A stretch of DNA of 64,000 nt from assembly GCF_009914755.1 (NCBI RefSeq), contig NC_060940.1. One strand, 5' to 3'. Source of the stretch: the human T2T-CHM13v2.0 reference genome, Homo sapiens. Each line of letters begins with the position of its first letter. The stretch's first letter is position 1. The translations under genes were made by a program, and so were the position numbers. The notes beneath the pieces were generated by a model. It was not told the origin of the DNA. It did no database searches and worked only from the letters and a program-made list of their open reading frames with translations. This document shows, piece by piece, positions 1 through 15,625 of this stretch.

Positions 1-928
1 CCGGGTAGCACCGCCAGCCCAGGGTCCCCACGGGGCTGTTGGAGCAAAAATCAGCGTGGTTCTCGTGAGGTGTGTTTTCTTTCCATCTTGGATGTGTGGT
101 GAGCACGCAGGGCAATTCCTAGATACAGTCAGTGACAAACCAAATGCCAAGGAGTCAACAACTCCTGCCTCCTACCGAGAGCACCCCTTGGTTGGGCGAG
201 TCCTGTTCCAGCAGAGGGTGGCCAGGACGTGCAGGTGTGGCCCTCAGCGTCCTCACACCTCAGGCTGGGAGTCAGCCTCTATGTGGGTGGCAGAAGGGAA
301 GGAAGATCAGAAGCCCTGGCCACCACTGGGAGGGCTGGGAGCTGCAGTGAACCTGAGGACCCACAGGGTCACTGTAGCTCCCAACCATGGGGACCAGGGC
401 TCAGAAAGACCGAAGTCATGTGTTCCTGGCTGTAAAAGGGGAGAGGAAAGGGTCCTCTCTACGGACGAGGTCAACAGGGGATGAGAGCAGCTGGCAAAGT
501 ACACTGAGACATGTCCTTGGAACGTGTTTCCTAGGCCCCAGCTGTGGGCCAGGCTTGTCCTTGGACAGGGTGGGGGTGCCTAGCTGTGGTCAACACAGAC
601 CAGAGTCCCCGGCTGCCAGGAGCTGACCTTGCGATGGGGGAGACAGGCCATAAAGCAGTGGATGAGCAGAGCCAGGGTGCATCCAGTGGTGATGTGCTGG
701 GAGGGTCGGGATGGGGGTAGCCTGAGCTCTGCTGGCCAGAGTCTGGGGCTGGGGAGGGCTGCCGTCTTCCCTGGACAGTGCCCACTCAGCCCTGGATGCC
801 ACGGTTCTTTCTGCTGAGACTGCAATGCCCCCATTTGATTCCGCCCTACACTGCAGAGACCCCCCACCCCGACCCTTTAGCCCCTTGCTCCTTGCCAGGC
901 CTCCTTGTTTTGAGAAAATATGAGCTAG

Positions 929-1635
<707 letters not shown>

Positions 1636-2914
1636 TAAACACCCTCTCCAAGAATACAAACCAGAGGGTCCAGCTGCGTTTAATTTATCAGAGGCGCATC
1701 GGCTTAGCTGCGAAAAGAGACACGTTTCTTCTCCAGGAGGCCCCTCCGCTGATTTCTGGGTAATGCGTAGTTTTTTCTCCTGTGAAAAGTGCTGCGGGCC
1801 GGAACACCGAGTTTGCAGCTCTTCCCTTTTTTTTTCTCTCTGAAGTCTAAGTTTGGGAGCTCAGGATCCAAAAAGGATGACATTGGGACATTCTATTCAG
1901 AAGGTATGCTTTGCCCACTCAGCCACACAGCAGGGAACGGTTTTGAGCAGGGGTGTGATGTGGCTGGCAGACCCCCGTGTGGAGACCAAGGTGGCTTCCA
2001 GAGGCTGGTGGCTGGGAGAGCAGGGAGGGGGCTACTGCAGTGGTCCGAGCACCAGTGATGGGACAGCGTGGATGGCCACTGTGGGATGTGGAGGACGAGG
2101 GGGACACATGAAACTCCTAGGCCAGAAGACGCAGCCACCAGCCCCTGCCTGACTTTGCCCTCTTCTCTTTTTGCCATAAATAAAAATAGCTGTGGGCTGT
2201 CACCCTGCCTTCTGCCTTCGTCTCCTCTGTTATCCCTCCCTCTGCGGGCTGAAGATAATTCTGCCTTTTCCTTCACCCGCTTGCTGACACCTTGTCACTC
2301 TTTCCTCCCACCTTCAAATATGCTCGGATCCCATTTTTATCACATAATACACAGGTTTGTCCTTGGGGCCCAGTTTTATATCTTTCTACCAGGGGTCTTG
2401 AGTTTCCTCGGGACAGGGACCTCATAGAATCCTTGGATGTTTTTCCTATCTCCCACGGCAGGTGGGCTCGCCAACCTCACCTTTATCTAGTAATCACAGG
2501 GAGAATAATGAATGTTTATGGAGCATTTTCCTGGGGGCTTGGGTCTCGGTGGCTGCAAGTATCCTCCATCTCCTTGAAGAAAGAAGGAAGCTTTGCTTAG
2601 AGAGGTCATGTGGTTTCCCCCACGTCACACAGCTCTTATGCAGTGGAGGCAGAGCCTGAACCCAGGGCCCTGTTCTCTAAATCCTGACCTGTCAGCTCTG
2701 GGCAGGTGTTTCCAGGTGTGGGCTGAACTCTTAACACCGGATGACGTGTTTCAAGGGGCCCTGCTGACGCAGCATTCACTGACAATGAATCACCCCAAGA
2801 GGACATTGCCCTCTTTCGCCCCACATTTAATCTTACTGCAAGGGGACAGTTCAAGGGCTAGTAGGTCACACAAACCTCAACAATTTTTGTCGTGCTAAGA
2901 TGACGGGAAATGGA

Positions 2915-3090
2915 CTATTTCAGCTATTTTTACGTGTACAGTTCGGTGGCATTAAATGCGTTCACAGTGCTGTGCAGCCACCACCACCGTCCGTCACCAG
3001 AACTTTGTCTTCTCACACTGAACTGTCCCCGGTAAACATGAACTCCACTTCCTGCAGCCCTGGCTGCTCTCTACTTTCTTCTCCGTGAGT
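2915..3090 (-). mobile_element. Old L1M 3' fragment
   Basis: gtgtacagttcggtggcattaaatgcgttcacagtgctgtgcagccaccacc resembles antisense L1M 3' end. Confidence 0.7.
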
Positions 3091-3232
3091 CTGAACAGGC
3101 CAGAGACGAACTGACCCTGGTGGCAGGCTCCAAGCCTGGAGCAGGGCAGTGTCTAGAACAGAACGAAGCAGTATTGGTTTTGTTTTCGTTGTGTGGATCT
3201 GTAACCCCTTATCTGAAAACCCTTGGGACTAG

Positions 3233-3980
<748 letters not shown>

Positions 3981-4600
3981 TCATGGCCAAATGATTTGCC
4001 ACAAACTTAGGAATTTTTGTTTTTTAGTTTTTCAGGGCCTCCTGGATTTCAGAATTGCGGACAAGGAAGCTAGGGCTTTTCAGTGCAACCCGTGGATATA
4101 TTTTAGTTGCCATCTGTGGATGGTAAGAGAGAGAGATACATTTTAATGTTTAAAGAGTTTTTAAAAGTGAGTTGATGAAAAGGAAAACTTGAGGTGAGTG
4201 CAAGTCCTGGTGGGTGGTGGCGGGCCTTAGCTGAGCTGGCGGAAGGTGGTGGGGCTGGCCGGCTTAGGAAGTGCTCCCCTGTTAGGCCCCCATCAGGGCC
4301 CGGGCAGCCTGTGATGTGGAGGAACTGGCACAGGGTTGCCTGGGCAGTGAGGGCTGGGGCTGGCTGTCCCCCTCCCAGGAACCTCTCCTCCCCAGCCCCA
4401 ACTGCCTTCTGGAATCCGGCAGCTTCCGAGGAAGGGCCTGAGTGTTAGGGTCTCTGGGGACTTCCCTACATCCTCATTCTTCCCCGTTTGTGCCCCACAC
4501 GGCCTCCAGGGTGGGCTTGGGAAGCTCTTCCCATTGCTGGGAGTATTGGAACAAGCGGCCTGGCTTGGCTGGGAGAGAGCGGGGGTGGGGCCCACAGGAC

Positions 4601-4656
4601 ATTTTTTTGTAGAGACAGGGTCTCACTATGTTGCTGGTCTCAAACTCCTGGGCTCA
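4601..4656 (-). mobile_element. Isolated 56-bp Alu left-arm fragment
   Basis: atttttttgtagagacagggtctcactatgttgctggtctcaaactcctgggctca within unique sequence. Confidence 0.85.
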
Positions 4657-5794
4657 TGGTGGCGCTGATGGGGAGGGGGCCGGCTCTGGAGAACATGAGG
4701 CCCCCAGCCAGGCTGTGGGCTCACCCGAGGCAGAACCCCACCCCACACAGGGATGTTTTCAGTTGCCACAGTGATGGGGCTGCCAGCATTCATGGGGGAC
4801 CCTTCGATCCTCAGGCCAGGCCCACAGGGTTCTGGGAGAGCCCCTTGGGAGGGGCCCTGGGGGGCCTCTGGCCGGAGCCAGGCCGATCGCACCCAGCTCC
4901 CTGTGTCTGTTCTCGCCTGGAGCCCTTCTGGGAGTCCAGATGCTGTGCTTCCAGGCCCAGCGTGGAGCCAGGCCTGGCCAAGGGGGAGCGGAGGCTGGGG
5001 ATTGGGCCTTGTCCTGCGCTCGCCCTGGAGACAGGCTGTGGGCCTCCTGGCTGTGCCCCAGCTCTGTGGGAAGGTCAGAGCCAGCCCTCGTCCTCTCCCT
5101 TCCCCTCCTCCCCTTCCCTCCTCCCCCTCCCTCCCCACCTCTACCCCCCTTCTCCCCCTCCTCCTTGGCCAGAACATCTGTGTGTTCCTGGGGAATGTGG
5201 CTCTGGCCCCAGCTGGCCTCGGCGGTGGCAGGGGCCTGGATTTCTCCTGAGATGCTCACTGCTTTGGCCCTGGGTCCTCTCCTGTGGGGGTGCCTGTGCT
5301 CTGAGCTCACACCTGGCTCTGGGGCTGCTCTCCTAGGCACCCCCTTTCCATCTTTGCTCCACTGTCCTCCTCAGCATGCGTTTGCGATGGCCACCTAGAT
5401 GGAGTGATGGCCACCAGCCCTGCAACAGCTTCGCAGGGCATAGCGCCAGGCTGGGCAGGTGGGGTCCTGGTGAAGCAGGCACACCTGTGTCCAGGTCCAG
5501 TCTAAAGGTGGGGCAGGTGCGGGATGCTAAGGTGGTGTGGCACCCTGGCAACAGTGGTGAGCGGGCAGAGCCAAGGCCTGAGGACAGCACGTGGGACACG
5601 GCCTGCCCCTGTGGCCCCTCAGGGAGGGGTTGGATGGAGGGAGACCCTGCTCGCTCTTTCGTGGGAAGCCAGCAGGCCCTTGGTGCAGGTTACACAGCTG
5701 TGCAGGACACGGAAGGGGAGGAAGAGTGGCAAGTGGGCCTAGAGTCACCCCACTCTACAGATAGGCAGCCAAGGCCAAGCAGTGGGATTTCCTT

Positions 5795-6800
5795 TGTGCA
5801 GCTGCTTTATTGAGACATGACTCACAGAGCATACAATTCACCTGTCTCAAGTGTACAGTTCACAGAGTTGTGCGGCCACCACCATAGTCAGTTTTACAAA
5901 ACTTTACTTATTTGAGACAGGGTCTCACTCTGTCGCCCAGGCTGGTGTGCAGTGGTGTGATCTCAGCTCACTGTAGCCTCAGCCTCCTGGGCTCAGGCGA
6001 TCCTCCCACCTCAGCCTCCTGAGTAGCTGGGACTACAGGTGTGCACCACCATGACCCGCTGATTTTTATTATTTCTTGTAGAGATGGGGTCTCACTTTTT
6101 GTATTTTTTGTAGAGACGAGGTCTCACTATGTTGCTGGTCTCAAACTCCTGGGCTCAAGCAGTCTTTCTGCCTCGCCTCGGCCTCCCAAAGTGCTGGGAT
6201 TACAGGCATGAGCCGCCGTGCCTGGCCAATTTCCCAAAACTTTAACCCCTAAAGGATACCCATACCTGTTAAGCTGTCACTCCCCATTCCCCGTTCCCCT
6301 CAGTCTCCAGCGATTGTGAATCTCCTTTCCGTCTACAGATTTTTCTATTCTGGATATTTCCTGTAAATGGAATCATAACATGTGACCTTTGTGTTTAGCT
6401 TCTCTCACTTTGCAAAATGTCTTCAAGGTTCACCCCTGAACTTCATTCTTCCTATGGCCGGATAATACTCCACTGTATGGAAAATAGCATGTTTTCTTTA
6501 TCCATCATCAGCCCGTGGGCTTTTGGGTTGTTTCCACCTTTTGGCTAGTGTGAGTAATGCTGCTGTGAACATGTGAGTACAAGTTTTTGTGTGGATGGAT
6601 GTTTTCAATTCTCTGAGGAATTCTCAGTTCCTAGGAGCAGAAATGCTGGGTCGTGTGAGCAATTCTGTGTTTAACTTTTTGAGGACCTGCCAGGCTATTG
6701 TGTCTGAAGTTCCAGTCCTCCACCACCTCACCAGCACTTCTTGTTATTTGCCTTTCTGATTCTAGCCATCCTAGCAGGCGTGAAGTGGTGTCTCCTGGTT
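5795..6800 (-). mobile_element. L1M(B)-type 3' fragment interrupted by an AluJ
   Basis: tattgagacatgactcacagagcatacaattcacc..., aatgctgctgtgaacatg..., ctagccatcctagcaggcgtgaagtggtgtctc. Confidence 0.8.
5903..6227 (-). mobile_element. AluJ-type SINE
   Basis: Antisense dimer; caaaacttta repeated at 5897 and 6235 (TSD); short internal duplication in the linker region. Confidence 0.92.
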
Positions 6801-7269
6801 AAGGATTTGAACTGTGGGCTTTCTGCCCGGACAGACTGTGTCCTCTCCCCCAGGGAGAATGACAAAGGGATCTGCCCTTCTTGGGGACTCCTGTTTCCCC
6901 AGCAGCAAGCTGAGCTCACAGGGTGGGGCTCACATGTCTCTGAATTCCCTGCTATGCCAGGCCTGCCCCCCAGTCCCCCACACCCAGCCAGCCAAGGGTG
7001 CTGTGTGCTCACAGCTGTTTACAGGGTCGTCCACCTAGGGCCTGGGACTGGGGACAGACCACAAGCTCAGAGTTCTGGAGTCCATGCAGTTGAAGCCCCT
7101 GGGCCAGGACACTCCAAAAGGGAATCCCTTAAACCCCCTAGAATGTTCCTGAAAGGTAACTTGCCCAAATCCTAAAAGCTCTCATTTGCTGGGCATGTAC
7201 ACGTACGTCTTGGCTCACTGGATCTCCCCCGCAGCCCCTGAAGAGGTGAATGCTGTCATCGTTGTCTCT

Positions 7270-7590
7270 TTTAATTTTTATTTATTTATTTATTTTTTAT
7301 TTTTTTGAGACAGAGTCTCGCTCTGTCACCCAGGCTGGAGTACAGTGGCATGATCTCGGCTCACTGCAACCTCCGCCTCCTGGGGGTTCAAGCTGTTCTC
7401 CTGCCTCAACCTCCCGAGTAGCTGGAATTACAGGTGCCCACCACCATGCCCAGCTAATTTTTGTATTTTTGGTAGAGACGGGGTTTCGCCATGTTGGCCA
7501 GGCTGGTCTTGAACTCCTGGCTTCCAGTGATCCGCCTGCCTTGGCCTCCCAAAGTGCTAGGATTACAGGCATGAGCCACCGCGCCCAGCC
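7270..7590 (-). mobile_element. AluS-type SINE
   Basis: (ttta)n tail plus full dimer; TSD ttgtctct at 7262 and 7591. Confidence 0.95.
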
Positions 7591-7999
7591 TTGTCTCTGT
7601 TTTGCTGATAAGGAAAGTGAAGTGCAGAGAGGTTAGACCACTGGCCTGAGGCGACCCAGCAGAAACAGGAGTTGAGGTCACAGCAGGCTGGGCTTTGTGT
7701 CTTCACTGCCTTACTTTTTTTTTCCTTCCCTAGTTTCCCTCAAACACACTCATCCCCCACAGCCCCTCTTTGGCTCCAGGGCTCTACACTGGGGGTAAGA
7801 GGCAGCTGTGGAGGCCCCTGCCCATCTCCCCTGCCCTGGGCAGCATGCGGTGTCCCCTCCTCAGTGTGAGTGGGTGTCCCATGGGCCTGCCTTGTGGGGA
7901 GCTCTGGGGAGCGGGACCCAGGGGCCCATCTGTGAAATCCTCGCAGACTGGGAGGACATTTGAACTGAGCCCTGGATGACCTTTCCAGGTGACACGGCT

Positions 8000-8260
8000 G
8001 CCTGACTCATTCATTCATCTGGTGCTTCATTCATTTAACAAGTACTTACTGAGTGCCGTCACGTGCCTGCAAGACAGAAACGTGGTGTGCAAAGCCAGAC
8101 ACAGCTCCTCCCTCACGGAGCTTCCAGTCTGGTGGGAGAGACAGATGTCGGTGGCCAAATCACACAAACAAATGTCAGCGTGCCACCAGGACAGGGGTTT
8201 GGAAGGAGAGAAACAGGGAACAGGGCAGGTAGGGAACTGACTTCCCTGGGGAGGCCGGGA
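8000..8260 (-). mobile_element. L2 3' fragment
   Basis: cattcattc...ttaacaagtacttactgagtgcc...ccctcacggagcttccagtctggtgggagagacag. Confidence 0.75.
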
Positions 8261-8923
8261 GGCATCTGCCGGGGGTGCTGGCTGATCCCAGTTCTGAACG
8301 ATAAGGGGGAGTGAACCGGGCACGGGAAGGGGGGAGGGAAGCACCCAGATGGGGGGGGCGCATGTGCAAAGGGCGCCGGGTGTGGTGGGAAGACCTGTGT
8401 TTGGCAAGGAGGCGGGCGTTGGGGGAAGCCCGGGCCGGAGACCTTCTTGGAGACCCAGGCCATGATCTGAAGGGTGGGGGCACGGTGGAAGGGTCTCAGC
8501 TGGGGATGGCCGGGCCACATCTGCCCTTTGAGAAGCCTTGTGTTCCAGCAAGGAGAACTGGAATGAAGCCAGGTTTTGAGCCTGACTGGAACCAGCAGCC
8601 AGGAGCAGAGTGAGAGTTGGTGTGAGAGGCTTTTCGGGGTGGCTGAACTGGGTCTCGATGGGGCCTGGACACCCCCTCCCCAGGAACCCCCAGGTTTTCC
8701 CAGATCCAGCTGCAAGCCAGGTGGGGCTTGGCATGCTGGAAAAGCGTCTGCCTACCTGGGCCAAGGCCGGGGGGCCCCTACAGCATGGGCTTCAGCCCCT
8801 CCCCCACCCCTTCCTCTCCTGCCCCTGCCCGTCCCCTCCCCGGCTGGGCCCCCAGCGTCCTCAGCAGGCCCCATTCATTCACAATCTCCCAGCGCCTCTT
8901 GGAGAAAGGGGGAAGCTTCTAGG

Positions 8924-8980
8924 CCGCCAGGATGGAGGTGCTGGCCCCCCGCCAGGATGGAGGTGCTGGCCCCCCGCCAG
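8924..8980. repeat. 25-bp tandem repeat, 2.3 copies
   Basis: ccgccaggatggaggtgctggcccc twice plus ccgccag. Confidence 0.95.
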
Positions 8981-10736
8981 CCCAGCTTCCCTGCCCACCG
9001 CCCCCTCCACAAGCCCCCCCAGCCCTCCTGCCCTTTCTTTATGGCAGGCAAAGTGCTAATTCCCAGCCCAGAGGGGTGGGCCAGCGCCGGTGGCCAAGAG
9101 GAGAGAGACTGTTTACAGCCTCCGGCGGCAGTTCTTGGCTCCAGCGGTCCAGCGGGCTGGCCTCGCAGTGACATGTTTATTCTCCAGGCCCACTGCTGGC
9201 CCCGGCTCTTGGCAGGTCCGAGCGGAGGGCTCTTGGTGATGGGGACAGGCTGGCGGCTTGGGGCTCTTGGCGTCTGCACTTGCCTGCCTTCTCCCCACCT
9301 AGCATCTCCACCTTCAGGGAGGCAGAATGTGGAGCCGAATCTGGGACCCCCCCGTCCTCCCAAGGGCACTGCTCCCCAGCAGAACCCCCACTTGCTCCTC
9401 TCGGCCAGAAGCCCTGGCCTGGCCCCTCACTCAGGCTCCGCTCTGCGGGCCAGGCTCCTGGATTCCAACTGGGAAGGTCTTCAGGGCCGGCTCTGCTGTG
9501 CTGCACTGGGGGCCCCTGCCCGCCGCCAGCCATCCCCATCACTCAATCACCCAGCAGGTTCCTGCTGAGGACCTGGTCCGTGCCGGCCCCCGGGTGATGG
9601 CAGTGGACATGACAGATGCACTGGGACCTGCAGCCCAGCTGGGAGAGGCTGGCTTCCCCTGCTGGGGGTGACTGAGGGTCATTCAGAGGCCCCTGCACCC
9701 TGCCCCAGCGGCAGGAGATCTACTCTTCTCAGAGCCTGCAGCCCCTTCATGAATCCCCTGCAGGCGCTGGTGTGAGGAGCCCGGGCTGCAGAGCCAGATG
9801 AGGCTGGGTTGAATCCCGGCTCTGCCGTTGACCAGCGGGTTGAGGGCAGATGAGCCCATCACCCTCTCCAGGCCTCTGCTTTCTCGCCTGTAGAATGAGC
9901 GGAGGAGGACGTCACTTGACAGCCGACCTCTCTGGGTCGCCACTGATTCACTCACACACCCACTCCCGGTCACCACGCGCCGTGCTGGGTGCTGGGGATG
10001 TGACGAACAAACCCACAGAGGCTTTCAGGGATGGCGCATGAAGAGGAGACCGGCTCTGGAAAGGCACGATGTTGCTAGGGGGTAGCTGGGTCTTTGTCCC
10101 AGGGGCTCACTCAAGGGCCCTGCATCCAGGCCCGGGTGACCTCACAGGAGGGTGTCTGATGAGGGTCCCTGGGGACAGAGGAAGTTTGGGGGGGGTGCCA
10201 GGTGCCCAGGACCATGGGGATGTACCCCACAGTCAGTGTGTGGTTGGAGCAGCATTAGGAGGGAGTCAGGATGCCTGGTTGTCGTCCTTGTCCTTGAATG
10301 GCCTGGTGACTTTGGATGGGTCATGCTGTTTCTTCTAGCCTCAGTTTCCCTGGTGTCCAAGCCCTTGGTGTCTCAACGTTCCTGCTAGGCCTGGGTTCTT
10401 GAGCTCCGGATGGAGAGGGACCCCACCACATGCTGGGGATGCACTCCGCCACGTCGCTGGCGGAAGGAATCATCAGTGCTCCCTGAACGGTCTGCGGAGT
10501 TCTCAGCCATCGCCCGTGGCATCTCGGCTGGTGCTCCCACTCAGTACTCCCTCCTGGTGCCTGCCTGGGGCTCGAGGGGCGTCATAGCAGCCACGCCCTG
10601 GACCAGGCCCCTTCCCTGACGCTTTGCCTGACGCTGGCCTCCTGCTGCCTCAGCTCCTGACTCCTTCAGGTCCTCGTCCCCCACACCACCTGTCCCCTTT
10701 CACATGATTCCAAAGGAAACTTTGGTACCTCTAGAC

Positions 10737-10907
10737 CAGGGACCGCAAACTCTGTGAAGGACCAGAATGTAGATACCTTAGGCTTTGCGGGCCACTTAGC
10801 CTCAGGCTCTGTGCCCCATACTCTCCCTTGTTTTTTTTTTTAAATGACTTTTTAAAAATGTAAAAGTCATTCTTAGCTTAGCCTGGGCCGCAGTTGACTG
10901 CTGCCCG
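10737..10907 (+). mobile_element. MER58(C)-like hAT-Charlie MITE
   Basis: cagggaccgcaaac...taggctttgcgggcca...aaaatgtaaaagtcattcttagc; 8-bp TSD ctctagac (10729-10736) / ctctagat (10908-10915). Confidence 0.8.
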
Positions 10908-10935
10908 CTCTAGATTAGCGGATGGGGGTGGGGGT

Positions 10936-11301
10936 GGGGTTCGCCGCGTGTTGGGGTTCGCCTGTGTTGGGGTTTGCCACGTGTTGGGGTTCGTCTGTGT
11001 TGGCGTTCGCCTGTGTTGGGGTTCAGCATATGTTGGGGTTCACCACGTGTTGGGGTTTGCCGTGTGTTGGGGTTTGCCACGTGTCGGGGTTCGCCTGTGT
11101 TGGGGTTCGCCGCATGTTGGGGTTCGCCTGTGTTGGGGTTTGCCACTTGTTGGGGTTCGCCTGTGTTGGGGTTCGCTGCGTGTTGGGGTTCGCCTGTGTT
11201 GGGGTTTGCCACTTGTTGGGGTTCACCTGTGTTGGGGTTCGCTGTGTGTTGGGGTCTGCCGCGTGATGGGGTTCGCTGTGTGTTGGGGTTTGCCGTGTGT
11301 T
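10936..11301. repeat. G/T-rich minisatellite, 16/17-bp monomers (~22 copies)
   Basis: ggggttcgcctgtgtt / ggggtttgccacgtgtt units, largely alternating. Confidence 0.97.
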
Positions 11302-11369
11302 TACTGAGTCCAGTGTTTCTGTTCTCTGCTCACTGTGGCCCTGGCCTGCAGAAGCTGCGCAGGAATTGG

Positions 11370-11485
11370 CTCCTTTAACTCTCACAACAACCCCAGGAGG
11401 TAGGCACAATGCTCCCATTTTACAGATGAGGAAACTGAGGCACCGAGGATTAAGGAACTTGCCCAAAGTGTCATAGCTGGCCAGG
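11370..11485 (-). mobile_element. MIR SINE
   Basis: cccattttacagatgaggaaactgaggcac...aacttgcccaaag. Confidence 0.88.
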
Positions 11486-12219
11486 GCAACATCCTCCGTC
11501 CTTGTTCGTGACCTCGATGTGCACCTCCTGGCTGTCAGTGCCTGGCTCCCGTGCCCCCGCCCCTGCTCTGATCATTTGGCATGCAGAGGAACCTGCCGCA
11601 TTCTGTTCTTGAAGTCTTCTGCATCTCTTGTGGCCCCCAGCTGGCGTGCATCCCCCTGGACCACTGACCCCTCCCACCCTCTCCCCCATCACCATCGCTG
11701 CCCCACATTAGGGAGAAACCCATAAGCAACTCACAGTTCCAGAAACGGCTTCTGCAGCACCGGCCTCCCGCGGCCAGCCCAAGGGTCACGCAAGGCCAGG
11801 AGGTGTTCCCCGGCTGCTCAGCCCACATTCTGCAACCCTAGATCGAGGTGCATGGCCATGGTCACGACACGTGATCCCGAGGCTGGGAGGGAGAGTCTGG
11901 CAGGCCGCCTGACGTTGCCTGCTGGGCCTGCCCTGGTGATCCAGGCAGCTGAGGCTGAGGGGGCCGCTGGGAGAGGGTTAGGGGTCCCTACCCTAATCCT
12001 GCCTTTGACCTGGTCCAGAAAGTGACCAGTTGGTGACCTAAAGCTGTTGGCCACCAGAGACTGGTACTGAGCTTTCCTACCTCCAGGGGTGCTGTGATTT
12101 AGCAGGGGATTTTAACAGCTAATTCAAATGAGAGGAGACACAGCAGTAAATACATGGGGACACGGTTACAGTCTAAACTATTAGCATAATAGTCCCAACT
12201 ATTAGCATACCAAAAAGAT

Positions 12220-12505
12220 GGTCAGACTCGGTGCTGGTGAGCTGCAAAAATATGGCTCATTCATATTGCCGCTGGCAGCATAGTTCTGTGTCGTATTAGT
12301 CTTTACTGAAACCATTTGTCAGCAGGTGTCAAGGGTTTGAGAAACACTGGCTACTTTGACCCAGGAGTCCCACTTCTGGAAATTTGTCCTAAAGAAGTAA
12401 CTCATAAGAAGGGAAATAATAGGTGCACAGAGTTGTTCTTTGCACTGTTATTTACCAGGTGGAAACAAAATCCAAATGTCCACAGTAAGGTGTGATTGAC
12501 AAAAC
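12220..12505 (+). mobile_element. L1ME-type fragment
   Basis: tttgacccaggagtcccacttctggaaatttgtcctaaaga...ccaaatgtccaca. Confidence 0.7.
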
Positions 12506-12509
12506 TGCT

Positions 12510-12959
<450 letters not shown>

Positions 12960-14169
12960 TTAGCACTAAATGGGAGGGAGGCATTCTTGTCACTTGAGCT
13001 TGTCATCTCTGGCAGCAGGAGAGGAGCCACCTGGACTCTTCTTCTGGCCAAGACCCAAGCAAGCTGTGTGATCTTGGAAAGGTTGCTTTGCCTCTCTGGG
13101 CCTCGGGTTCCTTCTCTGTAAGATGATCTTTGGGCCAGGAAGCTCCCAGACTCCTTTTCACAGGTGAGGACTGTGCCACTTGACCTTGCTGGGTTGCAGG
13201 TTTTGCTGATACTGGCTGTGGGGCCCTTGAGTGCTCAAGGAGCATTTATTGAGTGCCTCCTGTTTGCAGACACTGGGCTCTGTGAGCCACAGGCATGCTT
13301 ACCCACACCCTCCATTAGGTTTGGATCCCGACACCACCCCTCTGGGAGTTCCTTAGGGCCTCACTTCTAGGGGGGTACCCAGCCCCCTGGCCAAGCTGCC
13401 CCTTCCCATGCCAGAAAGCATGTGGGGTGCCAGGAGAGACTGGTCTCAGCTTCAGGCTTGTGGTTTTTTTTTTTTGTTTTTTTTTTTTAAGGGAATGTCT
13501 TTCTTGCTAAGCACTTTATTATTGTTGACAAGCCACTGGCATGCAGGGCGGAGTCCCACATCTTGACTCCAGCCAAGCATCACTGCAGCCTGGGTGGAGT
13601 GTGAGAACTGCGTTCCTGTCCCACTCTGCCACTGCCGCGCTGTGTCACCTTAGACAAGTCACTGGCGGCGAGCCTCGCTTCAGTCATCCATACGGCGAGG
13701 CGGCACCTTCGCAGCTTCTCCGCAGGGCTGAGGGTCTGGAGGGGGCCCTGGCGTGCAAGCCCTTTGCAGGTGGTGACTTGTGGCGGGAACCACTTGGAGC
13801 TGTGTGGTTCCCATCTGGCCTGGAGAGACCAGGGGTGGAGTGAGATCCTGGGGATGGGAGGTGTGGGCCAGGGTGCCCCATGGAGCCTGACAGGGTACTG
13901 GGCACCCGCGAGAGAGGTATCAGTGCCTGCCCAGTGCCACTCCGCTGCTGCCTCTTGCAGCTGGAAGCTGACCCGGGCTCTTCCCCAGACTTGGATGCTG
14001 CCTCTTGGGGCAGAGCGATTTCCAGCAGGGCTCTCTTCCTGAAGTCACACACAGCTTTGAGCGCCTGGATTTCAAGGCACCAGGGGGCTGAAGGCTTCTG
14101 TGTCACCCCCGTGCTGGCATCACTTGAACCATCGCCCATCAAATGGTTTCTGACTGGGGGAGGACTCCT

Positions 14170-14875
<706 letters not shown>

Positions 14876-15009
14876 CGCCCCACAGACGTCTGTGAGGGGT
14901 GTCCGCCCACTCGCAGGGGTGACAGCTGAAGATGGCCAGCTGTGTAGGAAGAGGGGGCGTCTGTGTTTTCTTAATGATACCTTATTGCTGAATGTCTAGA
15001 ACAAACTGT

Positions 15010-15625
<616 letters not shown>

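Noticed and set aside
10936-11301. CRISPR-like array or interstitial telomere
   Set aside because: No unique spacers, eukaryotic context, and the unit is not TTAGGG
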